Assembly (NCBI GenBank): GCA_029856365.1
Contig: JAHQWW010000002.1
Location: forward strand, 69,098-133,097
From: Candidatus Hodarchaeota archaeon
GTDB taxonomy: Archaea > Asgardarchaeota > Heimdallarchaeia > Hodarchaeales > Hodarchaeaceae
Direction of reading: 5' to 3'
Length of the DNA: 64,000 nucleotides
This document shows positions 53,347 through 63,693 of this stretch, in pieces. A program made the translations under genes and the position numbers. The notes beneath the pieces are model-generated. The model did no database searches, was not told where the DNA came from, and worked only from the letters and a program-made list of their open reading frames with translations. Position 1 is the first letter of the stretch; the number at the start of each line of letters is the position of its first letter.

Positions 53347-54399
53347 TTAGAGTCCCACTTTCTCGATGTCGTTGTATAGAACAATTCGGTAGCGTGCCTT
53401 GTTCTCCTTAACCTTTCGAATAGCTTCGTTTACCTTTGTCATGGGCATTAACTCTACCTTGGGAACGATGCTGTGCTCCTGTGCGAACGAAAGCATCTCT
53501 CGCATTGTAACCCGATTGCCAAGGAAGGAACCAGTGATCGTTAGTTGGTGTGCCACGAGGTCAGTCGAATTGAACACTATGTCTGGGAAGCCAGTAAGGA
53601 TCAGTTCCCCATTTTTCTTCAGGGTATTCAACAGTACTTCCCATTTTATCTTACCATGAGCAGTAAATAACAGCAGGTCGAAGCTGAACATCGCCCGTTG
53701 CATGCTGGCCTGGTTGTTTGAAACAATGAAGTGGTCTGCGCCAAATGCTAGCGCTTGCTCCTTCTTATCTGGAGAGGAGGAAATGGCGGTTACTTCGTAG
53801 TTGAGGGCGTGAGCGAACTGTAATGCGAGGTGACCCAGCCCTCCTACGCCGATAATGCCAATTTTCTTCCCTTGTTGAGCTGAGTAAGAACGGAGTGGTG
53901 AGTAAACCGTGATCCCAGCACACATGAGTACTGCAGCCACTTCAGAGGGCATGGTGTCAGGAATTGGGTAGGCAAAACGACTATCTACACAGACAGAGGT
54001 CGAGAAACCGCCGTAGGGAACCCATGTTCCTGACGACACGATGTCCATACAGAGTTGTTCTTCGCCCTGCAAACACCACTCACATTTCATGCACGAACGA
54101 CCCTGCCAGCCTATGCCGACCCTATCACCTTCTTTGAGGCCAGATACTGCACTACCCACAGCCGACACATATCCAACAATCTCGTGACCAGGGACAAAGG
54201 GAAAGGTGGTTATTCCGTAGTAGTTGTTGATAGCGTGGATGTCAGTATGGCACAGACCGCAGTGTGTTACCGAAACCAGGACATCATGTGTATCTATTTT
54301 TGGTTGTTTGTAGGTGAATGGTTCCAGTGGCTGTCCTACTGCTTTCGTTGCGTATCCCAAGACCTTTATGTTCGACACGTTCCTATTTATCTCAACCAC
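53347..54399 (-). CDS. Zinc-dependent NAD(P) alcohol dehydrogenase (cinnamyl-ADH/Ahr-like)
   Basis: CGLCHTD, PGHEIVG, C..CEWC..G.EQLC, GVGGLGH. Confidence 0.95.
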   Translation of the reverse strand: MVEINRNVSNIKVLGYATKAVGQPLEPFTYKQPKIDTHDVLVSVTHCGLCHTDIHAINNYYGITTFPFVPGHEIVGYVSAVGSAVSGLKEGDRVGIGWQGRSCMKCEWCLQGEEQLCMDIVSSGTWVPYGGFSTSVCVDSRFAYPIPDTMPSEVAAVLMCAGITVYSPLRSYSAQQGKKIGIIGVGGLGHLALQFAHALNYEVTAISSSPDKKEQALAFGADHFIVSNNQASMQRAMFSFDLLLFTAHGKIKWEVLLNTLKKNGELILTGFPDIVFNSTDLVAHQLTITGSFLGNRVTMREMLSFAQEHSIVPKVELMPMTKVNEAIRKVKENKARYRIVLYNDIEKVGL

Positions 54400-55270
54400 T
54401 GAGCACTAGCCTATTCTTCCAATAGTTATTTCATCATTTTAAAACATTTATCTGTCATCCATTATTGTTCACTTGTTTTTTCTCTACGGAGGAGATGTCG
54501 TTTAACGTTGCAGTACTTCGCATCACCTCCTCGGAAATACCCCTTGTCCGTTAAATAGCGTCCGATCCCATGATGTACGGAGGAATTCACAAAAATCGCA
54601 CAAATCTTTTGTCCCTTTAAAATTCCCAAAAATGTCAGTTTTCTCTACAATGTCCCTAATTTCTTCAATTTGTGGGGTTTGTTTGAATTCAGATAATACT
54701 TGTTCAAAATCTTCCCTTGTAAGTCCTGATCCTCTAATACACCTTAAATTCCAGGCCAGAGTTTTCAAACTTTTCTATCTACACCCTTAGAAGATGAAAA
54801 CTTCGTAAAACGATTGCGAAACCATCATGAGAAAACATACGATCCGCTAATAAGCATCTTCCATATTTATGATCAGTGGGCTGCTGGTGTTACTCGAAAG
54901 ATCCGTTCACCAGTAACCAGTCGTTATACATGGCAAGCCAAGAAAATGAGGGAAAAAATTGACTTTAATAATCTCGCACATGAAATAAAGGAGGTGTCTA
55001 CGAACATCTGGACACTTTATAAGTATATTTACAATAGTAAGGAACTACATTACTTAACAGAATCCATGAACCATGGTCATAACTCTTTAAGAAACCATTT
55101 ACTGGTAATCGCCAATTTAATAGTGCAAGACCATAAATTCTTTAGGAATTGAGGAGAAATGCACAAAAAAACGTCTAATTGCCGTTTCCAAATCGCATGA
55201 CGGTAGTAGGGCCTGAGATTTGGGTAAGAGGATTGGAATGTGAAACCCTCAGATAAGAAGGTTTATAAGA

Positions 55271-56620
55271 ATGAGGGAACCTAATAACCTTTCAGATTCA
55301 GATTTCAACATTCAAATTCCTGATGATTTTGAAGTAGCCATCCTAGCTAATGGAACTCCAGTAATTGAATTACTCTCGAATGGAAATGCTTTGAACAAAA
55401 CAGCAAACCAGGATCATTTTAGAGTCCTATTCACGTTGAGAACATATAATACAACTGTACTTCCTCGAAACTACTTACTTGACATAAACTCCTTTGGAAT
55501 GCGATACTCCACACTTATCACCCCTCAGTGGCCGGAACAAACCCAACCTCAAACCCCCTCGGGCGGGGGTGGTGCTGGTATTCAGGCTTACGAGCCATAT
55601 ATCACTAGTTTCTTTGCTTACGACCGTAATAAAGGTCAGAAAGCATGTGTTAAGACCTGGATTCACAATCCTTGCTCTGAGGAGCGAAGAGTTGATAAGT
55701 TGAAATATAAACTAGAACATCATGTTCCATACTCTCCTTATCAAGAGACTTGGGAGGATTGGACACCATATTAAAATGAATATACTTACGTTGGTCAACT
55801 CGAAACCTTGGAAGTGCATGATTATTTGAACAAAATCTTCACTACTTCAGGGAAGACATATGCACTTAATAAAGGATTATACAATGTTAATGAAGTGTAT
55901 GTCACGGGTTGGAAACCTGGCGGATCTTGGTCGGATACTGATTATCCTTCCGTCTCAGAAGGGCAATTTAAAATGAGGAATTCTACGGATAATTATGTAT
56001 TTGTGGCACATTTATATGACTCTTTGTTCCCTGCCTTTGCTGATGATTTTGGAAAAACCGTTAATGGATGGTTCGACTTCATCGAGAGCTGGGATTTCTC
56101 TTACGGAGGAACTACCGACCTAAAAACACTTTTCAACATTAACTTTCATAGTAAGACCTTTGAATGGAATCCTTCCTCTTATAAAATAAATGATCTTTTT
56201 TATGACTATTTAGCACCTGCTGGAGGAGCAGCCTTAGGGAAAAGTGGTGATTGGCAAGAGAGAACGGGAACTGATTCTAATAATCATGGATTTGACCTCC
56301 TTTTTGCTACCCTTGGTGGATTAAATGAGGATGGTACTAGCAATATAGGTATAACAGTAGGACATTCAAATATGGGTATTGCCATGGGAGGCTATTGGAT
56401 ATGTATTGGAGGTTTTCCAGTTTGGCCAGTTATGAACCTGAATATTGATCATACAACCATTCATGAGGTGCTCCATACCTATAAGGCTGAGGATCTTTCT
56501 TCTTCAGGATATATTATGACTGGAAGTGGATCATGGGACAATGTCATGCATTCGGATACATATGATGTTGTTAATCATTATCAAGATCGATATTACGGTG
56601 ATGGAAATTTTGACTTTTAA
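55271..56620 (+). pseudogene. Secreted metzincin-like metalloprotease split by an in-frame TAA (55772)
   Basis: The two ORFs are in the same frame with an open 33-nt linker; HEVLHTYKAED...IM; degraded signal region near 55159. Confidence 0.7.
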
Positions 56621-56721
56621 AATCTTAACCCTTCCCTTTTCTCGATTATTCTCGAGTTTATCGTTTCAATTGTGAACCAATAATGCCTAAATGAGGGCTA
56701 AAAGGATTGTGAAATGTAAAA

Positions 56722-58212
56722 ATGAGGAATAATAAGACTCCTGACAAGAAACCATTAATGAAGACTCCAAAAAGTCTGGCCATCATCCTGCTTCTTTTGT
56801 TTGCTTCTTTGTACTCAGGAGCTCTCCTGTTGCAGAATAAAAACTCTCTGCCCAGTTTGATTACATCTGTATCGGCTTCCCGCGATTTTGATTCCCACAC
56901 TCCCAGAGCCTTCCGCTCAGATTCAGGCCAAACCCATCTCCTCTTTCTTCATCAAACTCAGAAGTATGATTTTGGTGATCGTTACTTTTATCATTCTTAC
57001 GAACTGGAGGATCGGAGCTGGTCGGTCCCAGTTAAACTGGAGGACCTAGCTTTCTCAGACCTGTATTCTATGACTAATTTCCTGATAATTCAAAATGAAT
57101 CCCGAGAAGATGACTTTGATGTCTATTATAACAAAGAGGGTGAACTGTTCAAAACCAGTTATAATGGCCAATCAAATCAATGGATAGATTCCGAAAAGTT
57201 ATTTGGCAAGCTTGACATCCATGACTATTTGCACCTTCCACTATCGAGCGATCTTCTGAGTCTTTGTGGACATTCTCTCTTTTACTTGCATGATGAAACC
57301 ATTAACGTTGTCTGGAGTTTCAAAAGTCGCAACGCCAGTCTTTTTAAACACGAATATGAAAGACATTATCTTATCAGTGCTGTCTTCTCAAACGCAACCA
57401 TTAAGTCTCAAGTGATTCCAGGGTTAGATGCCTTCTATCACTACTATTCATCGTTAAACTTTGTGTCTAGGAATGCCTCGTTGATAATATATTCTCCCCA
57501 ATATTTTTATCGCTCAATTCTGCTGCCAAATGGTTCGTGGTCTACGTGGCAACATTCTGGTTTCGCTGCAGCTTTAATGGATCTTTACGGGGAAATACAT
57601 GGAGAATTAACTCAACATTTAATCCATAATCATTATTTAGTGAGTTCTCACAAAGATGAGGATGCGAATATCAATTGGGTATGGACTGATCTGACAGCTA
57701 CAAATCTTTCAGTACACCCCATTCATTTTCCCAAAAAATTAGATCCCAGGGACACCAGTATCCGCGCCACATTTAACCTACGAGAAAGTACCGATGGAAG
57801 TTCCTCTTTTTTGACCGCTTTTGTCACCAATAGCTCCATTGAACTTTGGACGTATCACCTTCTAAATGATACCTGGACTCTGATCAATCAGCTTGCCTAT
57901 TCCCAGACAAACACACATAATTTTTATGGAGAACCTAAGGTTTTCAATATCGATTTATTAGCTGATGGGCCCACCTGGCGGGTGTTCTGGAACCAGCAGG
58001 TTAAAGCAGGGAACTTTTTACACGAGATTTTTACCGTCTCGTATCACACTGAGACTGGGGAGTGGAGCCAGGTCACTCAAATTACCGACACCCGTGCCAT
58101 TACTGATGATTTTACTGATGGAGTTGTCCCTGGGTTCCCCCTCCTCATTCTCTGCTTAACTTTCTTGATCATTATCACTCTAAGAAGAATAAAAAAGCCT
58201 GTTATATCCTAG
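56722..58212 (+). CDS. Beta-rich surface protein with VPGF C-terminal anchor
   Basis: N-terminal TM, WS.P repeats, VPGF-TM-RRIKK. Confidence 0.8.
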   Translation: MRNNKTPDKKPLMKTPKSLAIILLLLFASLYSGALLLQNKNSLPSLITSVSASRDFDSHTPRAFRSDSGQTHLLFLHQTQKYDFGDRYFYHSYELEDRSWSVPVKLEDLAFSDLYSMTNFLIIQNESREDDFDVYYNKEGELFKTSYNGQSNQWIDSEKLFGKLDIHDYLHLPLSSDLLSLCGHSLFYLHDETINVVWSFKSRNASLFKHEYERHYLISAVFSNATIKSQVIPGLDAFYHYYSSLNFVSRNASLIIYSPQYFYRSILLPNGSWSTWQHSGFAAALMDLYGEIHGELTQHLIHNHYLVSSHKDEDANINWVWTDLTATNLSVHPIHFPKKLDPRDTSIRATFNLRESTDGSSSFLTAFVTNSSIELWTYHLLNDTWTLINQLAYSQTNTHNFYGEPKVFNIDLLADGPTWRVFWNQQVKAGNFLHEIFTVSYHTETGEWSQVTQITDTRAITDDFTDGVVPGFPLLILCLTFLIIITLRRIKKPVIS

Positions 58213-58242
58213 GACCTCGTTAGAAAAGAAAAGGAGTTAGAT

Positions 58243-58340
58243 TGTGGAGAGCAGCGCTTAGGTTGATGTCAGAAACTCCGATGGGGTGACCCTGACGAGC
58301 TACCAGAAGCTGGATTACTCTCTGGAGCGACGCCTCTACA
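58243..58340 (+). ncRNA. Candidate structured RNA (about 98 nt, three-way junction)
   Basis: GC-rich island with paired ends, two internal hairpins, G-U pairs favouring +, followed by T7. Confidence 0.4.
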
Positions 58341-58483
58341 TTTTTTTAACATGAGAGAATCGAAAAACGGATATTTTGGAATCTTTGGTAATATTAAGTC
58401 GCTTCCAAACAATACTCATGGAACTTGAAAAATCTTAAAAAGTGATAAATCATTGAAAGGAATAGGAGAGTCAATAATAGGAA

Positions 58484-58945
58484 ATGGAAACACGCCTAGC
58501 ACCTCGTCTCCATATTTTTGGTTGTGTTATTAGTTTTACATTCGTGATTCTCTCAATTGTTCTAGGGAATGTTCAATTATTGCTGTTAGGATTCATTCTA
58601 TCTGTTTTAACATGGTTAACATTTGGGTTACGGGAACTTCTAATATTTTTAGCGATTGTAAATCATCAACCAAGAGAAAGAGGAGTTTTAATCTACGTGG
58701 GATTAAGAGCGAGTGCCCTAATTGACATCGCTCTGGTCAATGCGAATATGTTGGGGGTATATAACAATATACCACCTTTTTCAATCCTCAGATATGATCC
58801 TATTTGGTATACAATTGGCTTAATATTCCCAATAATTCTACTGCTTGGAATAGCAATTATCTGGCTTTTTGCAGACCAAAAATTTTCTCTCACATTACCC
58901 ATTGGTAGAGGTTTTGTCTCTCAGTGGCCGTTTAAATCAAATTGA
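58484..58945 (+). CDS. Hypothetical membrane protein
   Basis: About 4 hydrophobic segments. Confidence 0.6.
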   Translation: METRLAPRLHIFGCVISFTFVILSIVLGNVQLLLLGFILSVLTWLTFGLRELLIFLAIVNHQPRERGVLIYVGLRASALIDIALVNANMLGVYNNIPPFSILRYDPIWYTIGLIFPIILLLGIAIIWLFADQKFSLTLPIGRGFVSQWPFKSN

Positions 58946-59011
58946 CTATATTAAGCATTAATTAACAAGCAAATGTGCTGGATCACATTGAAATGATATG
59001 AGTAGTAAATA

Positions 59012-59227
59012 TTGCCGAAGATTGAACTTACCGACCTCAACATGGGAAATATCGATGATCTGATCAATTTATGTATTCCCCGTGATCAAAAAAATAATCC
59101 TCTTTTTATAGAAGGATATAAACTAAAGAAAAAGTGGGTAGAGCAGAATATAAAGAAATATGGAAACATTGCTAAACTGGCTTTTTTCGATTCAACACCT
59201 GTTGGATTTATAGGATCACCAATCTGA
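59012..59227 (+). pseudogene. 5' fragment of a YoaP-like GNAT acetyltransferase
   Basis: NI..L..LC...EG...KKKW....PVGFI, then abrupt loss of the expected continuation. Confidence 0.6.
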
Positions 59228-59451
59228 GGGATAGATCAGGGGGAGCTATCCCAATGATGATTCTTTTATACCTACCAAAATAAAGTTTCGACTTGACGTT
59301 GGTAGTGGCGTTACGTGTGTGGTTTACGAACGCGTAAACTCCGTTGCGGCTATGGTTTCTGTATTCCATATGAAAAAGATACAGTGGTGGATCGGTGGTA
59401 CTTTGCACCGTCCGCCCTGTTGGGTGAGTGGAGTAATCCGACCCACCCACA
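59209..59451 (+). ncRNA. Candidate structured RNA with a canonical box C/D kink-turn
   Basis: CUGA 59224, 7-bp stem, AAU bulge plus AUGAUGA 59254; four further hairpins; GUAA tetraloop. Confidence 0.55.
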
Positions 59452-59545
59452 AAACAAACCAAAAATTAACTTCACTATCTATTCATAGACCTTCATGTTT
59501 TTAATAATGAAGCTCTAATTCTTCATCAAAACAATTTAAGAACAT

Positions 59546-60373
59546 TTGATTGAGCTGAAATTTATGCGGAAAATTGGTTTCTCATTTCAGGCTAGTACTA
59601 GTACATCAATTGATCTTGAAAAAGTTCTTACTACAGGTTTTACACACATTGAGCTGAAATGGGGCAATTTCACCTCCCAATCTGAACAGAAGAAGATTAT
59701 TACTTTTTTACAGACTCAAGTCTGGGGAGAAGTCACTCTCTCTCTTCATACGCCATTAAAAAACATTAATATTGGGTCTTTATCAGAAATTAAGCGTAAA
59801 CAATCAGTCACCTGTGTAACCAAGGCAATTCGTATAGCAAAAGAGTTAGAGACCACATTTGTTGTAGTACACGGGGGAAAAATCCATGCTGGAACACCGA
59901 GAGATCAAGAATCAAGGCGAAGGGCATATCAAGCGCAGTTAAAATCGCTTCAAGAAATCAATTCATTCTGCAAAGAACAAGGAATGGAACTTGCTCTAGA
60001 AAATGGGTATTCAATAAAAGACTTGGGCTTGTTATCAACTATTGATGAAATGGCTCAATTAGATGACCTTGTTGATGATTTATCTTTTATTCTCGATATT
60101 GGCCATTTTATCCTCAATAATCCTTTATCAAATATTCGGATACAACTCAAAAAGCATCCCTCCCTTCGATTTAGTGCTATTCATTTACATGATAACAACA
60201 AAACCGCTGATGATCATTTGGCGCTAGGAAAGGGAATTCTTCTCCAACAAAAGGAAGAATTGAAAGCTATCTTCAAATCATTAAATAATTGTCCAATTAT
60301 TATCGAAAATACAGGATTAAAAGTTTCTCTAATAACGAAGAATCGGCTTATTCAAAATGATCTTCTAAACTAG
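59546..60373 (+). CDS. Sugar phosphate isomerase/epimerase (AP endonuclease 2 TIM barrel)
   Basis: SLHTP..NINIGS, VVHGG, LALEN, LDIGH, IHLHDN...DDHL. Confidence 0.9.
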   Translation: MIELKFMRKIGFSFQASTSTSIDLEKVLTTGFTHIELKWGNFTSQSEQKKIITFLQTQVWGEVTLSLHTPLKNINIGSLSEIKRKQSVTCVTKAIRIAKELETTFVVVHGGKIHAGTPRDQESRRRAYQAQLKSLQEINSFCKEQGMELALENGYSIKDLGLLSTIDEMAQLDDLVDDLSFILDIGHFILNNPLSNIRIQLKKHPSLRFSAIHLHDNNKTADDHLALGKGILLQQKEELKAIFKSLNNCPIIIENTGLKVSLITKNRLIQNDLLN

Positions 60374-60996
60374 CTTTGTTCACTATTTAGATTGTTTTTC
60401 GCTTGGATTATTCGAAGGAATACAGCCCCGTGTGTTTGTATGGTAAGGAGAAACAGGCAAAGAGGAATTGTCCAAAGAGTAAGAACGGAGCATATCCCAG
60501 CGAGAAAAATAAGTAGTAATCGCGAGTCTCGGCCTTGAATAGTACGGGGGAAATGAAGATCGTTTTTAGTCTCCGCTTTGGCTGCAGTATAACTGACAAG
60601 AAAAGATCCTGACAGAGAGGTTGTAGCCAAGAGGAGAACCCACAGAGGTGAAAGTAAAAACAATGAGAAGAAAGCCATTGAGGTTATTACGGCAAAATCA
60701 ACATAACGATCAAGAACCGAGTCAAAAAATCCTCCAAAAAAGGTTTCCTTTCCTGTAGCACGAGCTATTTCCCCATCAGATCCATCAATGATGCTTGAGG
60801 TCTGGATGAGAATTCCTCCTATAACTGGTTGATATCCTCCAAAGAAAATCGCTGCCATAACCCCAAGTATTACTGAAATAATTGAAATCAGATTGGGGTG
60901 ACAATTCGGCCAGATACGAAGGATAGCCACGGATAAAGGGTGGGAAAAGCGTCTATTTATATACTGAGAGACTAATCCATCATTCTTCGCTGGCAC
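60370..60996 (-). CDS. CDP-alcohol phosphatidyltransferase, DIPP synthase-like
   Basis: DGLVSQYINRRFS, PNLIS, DGSDGEIARA...GGFFDSVLDRYVD. Confidence 0.88.
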   Translation of the reverse strand: MPAKNDGLVSQYINRRFSHPLSVAILRIWPNCHPNLISIISVILGVMAAIFFGGYQPVIGGILIQTSSIIDGSDGEIARATGKETFFGGFFDSVLDRYVDFAVITSMAFFSLFLLSPLWVLLLATTSLSGSFLVSYTAAKAETKNDLHFPRTIQGRDSRLLLIFLAGICSVLTLWTIPLCLFLLTIQTHGAVFLRIIQAKNNLNSEQS

Positions 60997-61845
60997 TTAA
61001 TCATCTTCCACTTGGTAGCTCTTAAGCGCCTCTAAGTAAGTAGTGGAAGTATTAGGAGGACTGATTTGAGAGACTGTCACTAGTCTATGGTCTGATAAAG
61101 CTGGTGTCACGTAGTCTAGTAGTCGTTCCTCTGCGTGCTGTAAAACTGAAAATGTGTCAATGTCTGCCCACCTACACCCTGAAACATCGATGCCTTTGAC
61201 ACGATCCCTACATCGAATCATTTCAGTGACTCCATCCGTGAGAGTAAGATATTTCTTAGAAAGCTGATTTAACCGTTGAAAAATTAAAGGAGAAACATAA
61301 AATAATCCTGTATCAAATGCAGTCCAACTTAAGAGATTTTTACCAATTTGGGTGATCTGATTTTTCTGATCTAATAAGACTTTAGTTGCATCATCTACTT
61401 GAATGGTTGGATCTGGGGTCGTGTCAATACATAATGAGAGATCAACTTCCTTTTCAATCCCCATTTTAAGAGTTTGATAAATTCTATCTTCAAAGAGATG
61501 ATCACACATGGTTAAGAAAAAGGGTTCTGTAATAGAAGATTCCAGTGCGAGAATGGAGTGTCCATTGCCCTGCTTATAGTGTGGCGCTTCTAGACAAACC
61601 AGTTCACATGAGAACGAGTAGTTTAATTGGTTAATATAATCAGCAAGAATGTGTTTTTTATAGCCAATCACAACAAAGATTTTATCTAATTCTGGGAAGT
61701 TGTCCATGATATTATATATTACATAATCAATGAGGGGTCGTCCACCGAATTCTATCAGAGGTTTAGGGATAGATGAAGACATATTATTGAATCGAGAGCC
61801 CAATCCAGCGGCTAAGTTAACGAAGGTACCATTAAAAATGATCAC
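60997..61845 (-). CDS. Nucleotidyltransferase, inositol-1-phosphate cytidylyltransferase (IPCT)-like
   Basis: LAAGLGSRF, PKPL, GNGHS, MCDH, DATKV, IGK....FDTG, WADIDT. Confidence 0.85.
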   Translation of the reverse strand: MIIFNGTFVNLAAGLGSRFNNMSSSIPKPLIEFGGRPLIDYVIYNIMDNFPELDKIFVVIGYKKHILADYINQLNYSFSCELVCLEAPHYKQGNGHSILALESSITEPFFLTMCDHLFEDRIYQTLKMGIEKEVDLSLCIDTTPDPTIQVDDATKVLLDQKNQITQIGKNLLSWTAFDTGLFYVSPLIFQRLNQLSKKYLTLTDGVTEMIRCRDRVKGIDVSGCRWADIDTFSVLQHAEERLLDYVTPALSDHRLVTVSQISPPNTSTTYLEALKSYQVEDD

Positions 61846-62108
61846 CTCTTTCGTTTAAACTCCCTATCATCACTTTTTCTTAAGACAATTAATAATTTAA
61901 ATAGCTTATGCTAAATAAATTACTAATGTTAATTTTCAATCACCCCTTTTATAATTCTTTTATATGATTGGGAATGTTTCACGATTCTGTATCATTAAAA
62001 GGCACATATAAATTTTTCGATTAAAAATAATCTCCTAAATCCAAATTTCCTGTCAATTCCATCCTCAGATTGCAATAATTTTTTCTATTTTAATGAATAA
62101 AATAATCT

Positions 62109-62408
62109 TTGTTAGTGAATAAAATAGGAGATGAGATGAATATCGAATCAAAAACTTTTCCACAAATGAAATTTGTTTCATATAGATTGGCCTTTACTGT
62201 CATTAATGCGCTTATTTACGCATCTATCTACGCAATCATTGGTTTTTATAATTGGTTGCTTATACCTGTTTATATTTCAAACATAGCAATTGCTATTTTA
62301 GTTGCCATTTTAATAGAACATTCTTTTCAATTGTTAGGCATTGGATTCAAGAACATTATATTGAATCAAGAAATTTCAGGACCTATTATAATACAAGAAG
62401 AGATTTAA
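62109..62408 (+). CDS. Small hypothetical membrane protein (likely start ATG 62137)
   Basis: Two hydrophobic segments, GGAG SD. Confidence 0.4.
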   Translation: MLVNKIGDEMNIESKTFPQMKFVSYRLAFTVINALIYASIYAIIGFYNWLLIPVYISNIAIAILVAILIEHSFQLLGIGFKNIILNQEISGPIIIQEEI

Positions 62409-62826
62409 GGAGATGATTTACTAGATTAGTTCTATAACAGTTTGAATCCTACGATTCATGAGTCGCGATAGTTTTTACCGTGATAAGTAGTCAATGAGTT
62501 GTTCACTTTCAGATTATTGAAAATGTCCTTCTAGAACAATATGGGTAATTTTTCCTCTATTAACAAGATTGGGGTTAAATAGCTCAAAACTAGCACCTAA
62601 AAGCGTCAAATCACAAAATAAGAAAATAAAAAAAAATGAGCGACATTTTCAGAGAAGACATCTAGTGATAGTTTGACCTGTTCATTTTACTATTAATACT
62701 AGTCAAAACGATATAAGAACCGAGATTGAAGGAAGTTGTTTAATCTTAGTATAACAATCTTCGGGGTATAAAAATAAAATATAAAGATTTAGAGAAATTT
62801 TATTTGGCAAATGTTTTGTTACTTTT

Positions 62827-63230
62827 TTGCCTGCAATCATAAGCCTTTTTATTAGTCTACCTATTTTTGCATTTCTAGTTGATATACTTACGATAGATAA
62901 ATATGGATCTTTTATCTTACCCAATGAGAAATTTTGGATTATATTTCTTCTTGATATTCCTCTAGCTGTACTTTTAAGTGTTGAAGTGGTTGTTTTAATC
63001 TCTATAAAGCAAATGATGTTCGTACAGCAAACCAATATGGAACATTAGTTGTTTTACCTTATGGAGGTTTATATATATTGATAGAACTAGGAAAATTAAA
63101 ACTTACACAAGACACATTATTGATAATTTCAGCAGTTATTTCTGTTGTTATACTTGTTTTTCTATTTTTAATCAAAATATCTTTTCACAGAGAAGAAATC
63201 CTTTCAAAATGGAGGACTTATGATCTTTAA
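62827..63230 (+). other. Small hydrophobic ORFs or fragments (62827-63048 and 63078-63230)
   Basis: Hydrophobic short ORFs; GGAGG upstream of 63078. Confidence 0.3.
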
Positions 63231-63693
63231 AGTTGTCTAAAAAGATCATATTTAATATATGGAGAATTTAATCTATAGATTATTTGATGAGTACAAGCAA
63301 GATGAGCTATCAAAAAACTTAACTAAACTTGATAAGAGTTTAATGAGCAGTGCTCGCAGAATCTTTTTCTCTGGTTGTTTCATAGTTATTGGATTATTCA
63401 TATCTTATATCAGAGTGTTAAACAATTAGGCCTTTAATTAAGAATAAGGATTTATTTAGAGTATTGGTTTTCTTGCTTCTTTAATTAAAAGCTAATTACT
63501 GAGATGTCAGTTAATTTTTGTAAAGTGAAAAAATTGAGTCAAAATGACAACATAAAATGCCATCGATCGTTGGAAAGAAAGAAATTTCCTAGGAATTTTC
63601 CAATTCCATCTCTCTATTCGTTGGAATGAATGATTTTTCATATGCGATAGTGAAAAAATTTTTAAATCTCTGGAAAGTTCTCCCCAAATATCT

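Noticed and set aside
54523-55152. Transposase fragment or intact genes
   Set aside because: The resemblance is weak, the + frame has several stops, and the coding strand cannot be decided.
58268-58312. Hammerhead ribozyme, SECIS or TPP riboswitch
   Set aside because: CUGACGA and GAAA are present, but stem I is missing and the triplet would be GUG. There is no upstream in-frame UGA gene for a SECIS, and the TPP consensus is only fragmentary.
59378-59451. Functional group II intron 3' end or cobalamin riboswitch
   Set aside because: No AGC/CGC triad, no properly placed bulged A and no RT gene; no GGGAA or B12 box.
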